Shown here: in pieces, positions 42,495 through 46,975 of the stretch
How the letters are laid out: every line of letters starts with the position of its first letter
Numbering within the stretch: the first letter of the stretch is position 1
Assembly: GCA_026645775.1 (NCBI GenBank)
Contig: JAPKMS010000142.1
Span: 1 to 46,975 of the forward strand
Length of the DNA: 46,975 bases
Direction of reading: 5' to 3'
Source of the DNA: Anaerolineae bacterium
Lineage (GTDB): Bacteria; Chloroflexota; Anaerolineae; CG2-30-64-16
Notes under the pieces: model-generated
What the model was told of the DNA's origin: nothing
The model's database searches: none
Seen by the model: only the letters and a program-made list of their open reading frames with translations
Translations under genes and position numbers: made by a program

Positions 42495-44738
42495 GTGCAG
42501 CCACAGACCCTCCTGCCGGCCCAAATTGCCCTGGTGAACCTGCCCGCTGACCGTCGGATTTTCCTGGAAGGCGCCGCCGGCACAGGCAAGACGACCGCGG
42601 CCGTCGCACGCATGTTGGCCCTGCTCCGCGCCGGCGTCCCGGCAGACGAAATCCTGATTCTGCTGCCCCAACGCACCCTGGCGACGCCCTACACCGACGC
42701 GCTGCGCCGGCCGGCAGTGCCCGCGGGCGGTGAGGTCACCGTGCTGACGTGGGGCGGCCTGGCGCAGCGGATGACCGAGCTATTTTGGCCGCTGATCGCC
42801 GGGGAGGCCGGCTTCGCCACCCCCAATCGCCCCCCTGTCTTCCTCACGTTGGAAACGGCGCAGTATTTCATGGCGCGCATGGTCGCGCCGCTGCTGGAGG
42901 CCGGTTACTTCGACAGCATCGCTGTCGACCGAAACCGCCTCTACAGCCAGATCCTGGATAACTTGAACAAGGCCGCCAGCGTCGGCTTTGCCCACACCGA
43001 GATCGGTGAGCGGCTGAAAGCGGCCTGGGTGGGCGAATCGGCGCAGGCTCGCGTCTACGATGAGGCGCAGGAGTGCGCGACCCGGTTCCGATCGTACTGC
43101 CTGGCGCACAACCTGCTGGACTTCTCGCTCCAATACGAGGTCTTCGCCCGCCATCTGTGGCCGCTGCCCCAGTGCCGCGAGATGCTGCTGGGCCGCTACC
43201 GGCACCTCATCGCCGACAACGTGGAAGAGGACACGCCGGTGTCCCACGACCTGCTGCTCGACTGGCTGGCCGCGTGCCGCTCCGCACTCATCCTCTACGA
43301 TGTGGGCGCCGGCTACCGCCGCTTCCTGGGCGCCGACCCGATCAGCGCATACCGGCTGAAGGCGCAGTGCAGCGAGCACAGGGCCTTCAATCAAGCCCAT
43401 ATTATGTCCACCGATATCGGAGCCCTGAGCATGGCGCTGGGCCGTGCCCTGGGGCCGCCGGGCGGGCAGCGTCAGCAGGCTGCCGCGCCGGCGGCGATGG
43501 GACGCGTCCGTGCGGAAGAGCTGACGTTTGCTGAGCCGACCACGGCCATGCCGGCGCCTGAGCCGATCGTCGGCGCCCCGGCCAGCCCGCGCAGCGCGCT
43601 CGATTTCACCGCGCACCGCTTCCACCCTGAGATGCTGGACTGGCTGGCCGCAGAAATCGCCGGGCTGGTACACGATCAGGGCGTGCCGCCGAAGGAGATC
43701 GTGGTGCTGGCGCCGTTCCTGGGCGGCGGGCTGCGGTTTTCGCTGGAGGCGCGGCTGGCGGCCCGCGCTGTTCCCGTGCGCTCGCACCGCCCGTCCCGCG
43801 CGTTAAATGAGGAACCGGCAACCGGCTGCCTGCTGACGCTGGCCGCCTTGTGCCATCCGACCTGGGGCATCCTCCCAAGCCGCTTTGATGTGGCATACGC
43901 GCTGATGCAGGCCATCGAGGGCCTGGATCTGGTGCGCGCCCAGCTTCTGGCCGAGATCGCCTACCGCGTCCGAGAGGGGGCGCCCACGCTCAGCGCGTTC
44001 GACGAGATCGAGCCGGAGATGCAGGAGCGCATCACGTTTCTGCTCGGCGGGCGGTACGAAGGGCTGCGCACCTGGGTGGCGGCGCACACGAAGGCCGCAG
44101 CAACGACGGCCGGCCCGCGACGCCAAACCGCAGCCCGGCGCCGCACTGAGTTAGACCACTTCTTCAGCCGGCTGTTTGGCGAGCTGTTGTCGCAGCCCGG
44201 TTACGGCTTCCACGGCAATTTCGACGCGGGCGAGATCACAGCCAACGTGATCGAATCCGCGCGCAAGTTTCGACAGGTGATGGCGCAAGCGGAGCCCGAT
44301 CGGCAGCCGGAACTGAGCCGCGAATACGTCCAGCTCGTGCGCGATGGCGTGGTGGCGGCCCAATATGTGCGCAGTTGGCAGCGCCAGCCCGAAAACGCGG
44401 TCTTGCTGGCCCCGGCCTACACGTTTCTGATGGGCAATCGGGCGGTTGACCACCAGTTCTGGCTGGATGTAGGCAGTCCCGGCTGGTGGGAGCGCCTCTA
44501 CCAGCCGCTGACGCAGCCTTACGTGCTGAGCCGGCGCTGGCCAGTGGGCACACCCTGGACCGACTTGGACGAATATAGCGCCCGGCAGGAAGCGCTGGCG
44601 TGCCTGGCGTTGGGGCTGGTGCGCCGATGCCGCGTCCGGGTGCACCTGGGTCTATCGGAGATGGGCGAGCAGGGCCTGGAGCAGCGCGGGCCGCTGCTGC
44701 GCGCGATCCAGCGCGTATTGCGGGACACGCAGCCATAA
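42495..44738 (+). CDS. UvrD/SF1 helicase-like protein with degenerate Walker B
   Basis: Walker A GAAGTGKTT, VPADEILIL, LLDF; Walker B region HLIADNVEED; EIVVLAP. Start is GTG 42495 or ATG 42489. Confidence 0.75.
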   Translation: MQPQTLLPAQIALVNLPADRRIFLEGAAGTGKTTAAVARMLALLRAGVPADEILILLPQRTLATPYTDALRRPAVPAGGEVTVLTWGGLAQRMTELFWPLIAGEAGFATPNRPPVFLTLETAQYFMARMVAPLLEAGYFDSIAVDRNRLYSQILDNLNKAASVGFAHTEIGERLKAAWVGESAQARVYDEAQECATRFRSYCLAHNLLDFSLQYEVFARHLWPLPQCREMLLGRYRHLIADNVEEDTPVSHDLLLDWLAACRSALILYDVGAGYRRFLGADPISAYRLKAQCSEHRAFNQAHIMSTDIGALSMALGRALGPPGGQRQQAAAPAAMGRVRAEELTFAEPTTAMPAPEPIVGAPASPRSALDFTAHRFHPEMLDWLAAEIAGLVHDQGVPPKEIVVLAPFLGGGLRFSLEARLAARAVPVRSHRPSRALNEEPATGCLLTLAALCHPTWGILPSRFDVAYALMQAIEGLDLVRAQLLAEIAYRVREGAPTLSAFDEIEPEMQERITFLLGGRYEGLRTWVAAHTKAAATTAGPRRQTAARRRTELDHFFSRLFGELLSQPGYGFHGNFDAGEITANVIESARKFRQVMAQAEPDRQPELSREYVQLVRDGVVAAQYVRSWQRQPENAVLLAPAYTFLMGNRAVDHQFWLDVGSPGWWERLYQPLTQPYVLSRRWPVGTPWTDLDEYSARQEALACLALGLVRRCRVRVHLGLSEMGEQGLEQRGPLLRAIQRVLRDTQP

Positions 44739-44747
44739 CGAGAAGCT

Positions 44748-46975
44748 ATGTTCACACCGCGTCCCAAACAAGCAGAAGTCCTCACCTACACCGGCGGCAA
44801 GATGGGCGTCTCGGCGGTGCCCGGCAGCGGCAAGACGCAGACACTGTCGGCGCTGGCCGCGCGGCTGGTGGCCGAAGCCAACCTGGCCGACGACCAGGAG
44901 GTGTTGATTGTCACCCTGGTCAATTCGGCCGTGGATAATTTTGCGCGGCGGGTGGGCGATTTCGTCTCGGAACGCGGGCTGCTGCCGCACATCGGCTACC
45001 GGGTGCGCACCCTGCACGGCCTGGCCCACGACATCGTGCGCGAGCGGCCCACCCTGGTGGGCCTGTCCGACGACTTTCAGATTGCGGATGAACGCGAAAC
45101 CGGCCAGATCCTCCAGGAAGCATCCGAAGCGTGGATCGCGGCGCACCCGTACGCCGCCGACGCCTGGCTGGATCCCGATCTGGACGACCGGAAACGCGAG
45201 TGGGCCCGTCGCGACCACTGGCCCAAGCTGGTCAGCGGCCTGGCCGGCAACTTCATCCGCCTGGCCAAAGACCTGGAGCTGATCCCCGCGGTGCTGCGCG
45301 AACAGGTGGACCATTTGCAGGCAGCCGCGCCGGATCTCGCTGTCTGGCCCCTGCTCGACATGGCCGCGGCGATCTACGCCGATTATCAGCGCGGCCTCAC
45401 CTACCGCGGCGCGGTGGATTATGACGACCTGATCCGCCTGGCCCTGCTGGCGCTGCAATCGGATGGCGAGTACCTCAAGCGGATGCAGCACCGGTGGCCC
45501 TACCTGCTGGAGGATGAAGCGCAGGACAGCAGCCGGCTGCAGGAGCAGATCTTGCGGCTGCTGTCGGACGCCACCGGCAACTGGGTGCGCGTGGGCGACC
45601 CCAACCAGGCCATCTTCGAGACGTTCACCACCGCCAGCCCGCGCTTCCTGCGCGATTTCCTGGCCGAACCCGGCGTGATCGCGCGCGATCTGCCTAACTC
45701 AGGGCGCTCCGCGCCGGCGATCATGGATCTGGGCAACTATCTGGTGGCGTGGACCCGGGCGCGGCATCCCGTGCCGGCGCTGCGCGACGCGTTGGCCCCC
45801 TCGCGCATCGAACCAACCCCGCCGGGCGACCCGCAGCCCAACCCGGAGGACGAACCAAACGGCGTCCGGTTGAGCGTGCGCAAGTTCACCCCCGCCGAGG
45901 AGCTGGAAGCGGTGGTGCGATCGCTGATCCGCTGGCTGCCAGAGCACCCGGATCGCACCGTGGCCGTGCTGACCCCGCGCAACGACCGCGGGGAGGCCGT
46001 GGTCGGCGCTTTGAAAGCCGCGAACATCGAAGTCATCGAACTGCTGCGCTCCACCAGCAACACGCGCGCCGGCTGCGGCGCGCTCGCCAACGTGATCCAC
46101 TATCTGGCCGACCCCGCGTCGCCCAAGAAACTCGCCACCGCCTACGAGGTCTGGCGACGGGCCGACCGGGAAGAGCCCGCGGCGAAAGCCCGCATGGAGC
46201 TCGTGAGCCGGGCTCTGCGCCGCTACCGGCAGGTGGAAGATTTCCTCTGGCCGCGTGCCGGTGCAGAGGCGTTGACGGCCATCGAACTGCCGGACGACGA
46301 TGACCTGGTCGAGCAGGCGCTCCGTTTCCGCGATCTGGCGCGCCGGTGGCAGGGCGCCACCACCCTCCCCATCGATCAGCTTCTCCTGACCATCGGCCAG
46401 GATCTGTTCGCTCGGCCGGCCGATGTCGCGATTACCCACAAGCTGGCCGCCGTGCTGCGGCAGTTGAGCCAGAGCCATCCCGAGTGGCGGCTGCCCGAGC
46501 TGACGCAGGAATTAGCCGTAATCGCCAAAAACGAGCGCAAGTTCATCGGTTTCTCGGACGACGACACCGGCTTCGACCCGGAAAAGCATCGCGGCAAGGT
46601 GGTCGTGGCCACGATGCACAAGGCCAAGGGACTCGAATGGGATCGGGTTTACCTGATGTCAGCCAATGCCTATGACTTTCCCTCAGCATTGCAGGGCGAT
46701 TCGTTTATCTCCGAGAAGTGGTTCGTGCGCGACCGCCTGAACCTGGAGGCCGAGGCGCTGGCGGCGCTGAAAGCATTGGCCACCGATGGCGCGTTCCGTC
46801 CGCTGGGCGTGGCGACTCAAGCCGCTCGCCTGGACTACGCCGCCGAGCGCCTGCGGCTGCTCTACGTCGCCATCACCCGCGCCCGCCGCGAGCTGATCAT
46901 CACCACCAACACCGGCCGCCAAACCGGCGGGGATATCCAGCCTGCGGCCCCGTTGATCGCGCTGCACGCGTGGTC
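44748..46975 (+). CDS. ATP-dependent UvrD/PcrA-family helicase (3'-truncated by the window; absent from the ORF track)
   Basis: Read by hand from ATG 44748: MFTPRPKQ...AVPGSGKT, TLHGLA, LEDEAQD, VGDPNQAIF, TMHKAKGLEWD, ERLRLLYVAITRAR. The start and the window-end codons are in the same frame. Confidence 0.9.
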   Translation, partial: MFTPRPKQAEVLTYTGGKMGVSAVPGSGKTQTLSALAARLVAEANLADDQEVLIVTLVNSAVDNFARRVGDFVSERGLLPHIGYRVRTLHGLAHDIVRERPTLVGLSDDFQIADERETGQILQEASEAWIAAHPYAADAWLDPDLDDRKREWARRDHWPKLVSGLAGNFIRLAKDLELIPAVLREQVDHLQAAAPDLAVWPLLDMAAAIYADYQRGLTYRGAVDYDDLIRLALLALQSDGEYLKRMQHRWPYLLEDEAQDSSRLQEQILRLLSDATGNWVRVGDPNQAIFETFTTASPRFLRDFLAEPGVIARDLPNSGRSAPAIMDLGNYLVAWTRARHPVPALRDALAPSRIEPTPPGDPQPNPEDEPNGVRLSVRKFTPAEELEAVVRSLIRWLPEHPDRTVAVLTPRNDRGEAVVGALKAANIEVIELLRSTSNTRAGCGALANVIHYLADPASPKKLATAYEVWRRADREEPAAKARMELVSRALRRYRQVEDFLWPRAGAEALTAIELPDDDDLVEQALRFRDLARRWQGATTLPIDQLLLTIGQDLFARPADVAITHKLAAVLRQLSQSHPEWRLPELTQELAVIAKNERKFIGFSDDDTGFDPEKHRGKVVVATMHKAKGLEWDRVYLMSANAYDFPSALQGDSFISEKWFVRDRLNLEAEALAALKALATDGAFRPLGVATQAARLDYAAERLRLLYVAITRARRELIITTNTGRQTGGDIQPAAPLIALHAW

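Noticed and set aside
593-46967. Many long antisense or alternate-frame ORFs (e.g. 593-1621, 22147-23244, 27231-28361, 30554-31792, 42780-43787)
   Set aside because: Shadow ORFs expected in high-GC DNA. They overlap well-supported genes and show no family motifs.
1-46975. CRISPR array, rRNA, tRNA or transposase
   Set aside because: No repeat-spacer periodicity, cas motif, cloverleaf, rRNA-like or transposase sequence was recognised by eye. The short tandem repeats have no spacers.

Overview
GC-rich bacterial chromosome segment with about 43 CDS. It is probably Chloroflexota (Anaerolineae/Caldilineae-like); this is inferred from C-terminal 'YLPVLLR' and 'PTAVxL' motifs, gene content and repeat style. 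In order: a 5'-truncated HpcH-type aldolase, glutamine amidotransferase and GDPD; a multi-hairpin REP/MITE-like element; two secreted hypotheticals; a stand-alone MetH/AcsE-type pterin-binding methyltransferase with a structured leader; lgt; a CopZ-like chaperone; a cytochrome c maturation cluster (CxxxY-type ccmE, di-heme cytochrome fusion, ccmABCD, a circularly permuted ccdA, DUF2085); rpsT; a pseudo-receiver OmpR regulator; a polyprenol-P-mannose synthase plus a 1439-aa YfhO/GT-C-flippase fusion carrying four in-frame repeat insertions; a degenerate ABC ATPase; a tandem eukaryote-like phosphofructokinase; a BioF-like PLP enzyme; corA; a YkfB/YkfC murein-peptide recycling cluster with an embedded CHR-family transporter; and then the most notable locus, a co-oriented cassette of GNAT, Asp/Asn beta-hydroxylase, Nif11-like small protein, sulfotransferase, DUF6916, three tail-collar proteins (one frameshifted) and a CSLREA surface protein, with no prophage context. 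After it come an M20 peptidase, a CHAT protein, a zinc-ribbon protein and an AdnAB-like helicase pair running off the window end. No rRNA, tRNA, CRISPR array or transposase was recognised. All family calls come from motif recognition by eye, not from database searches.
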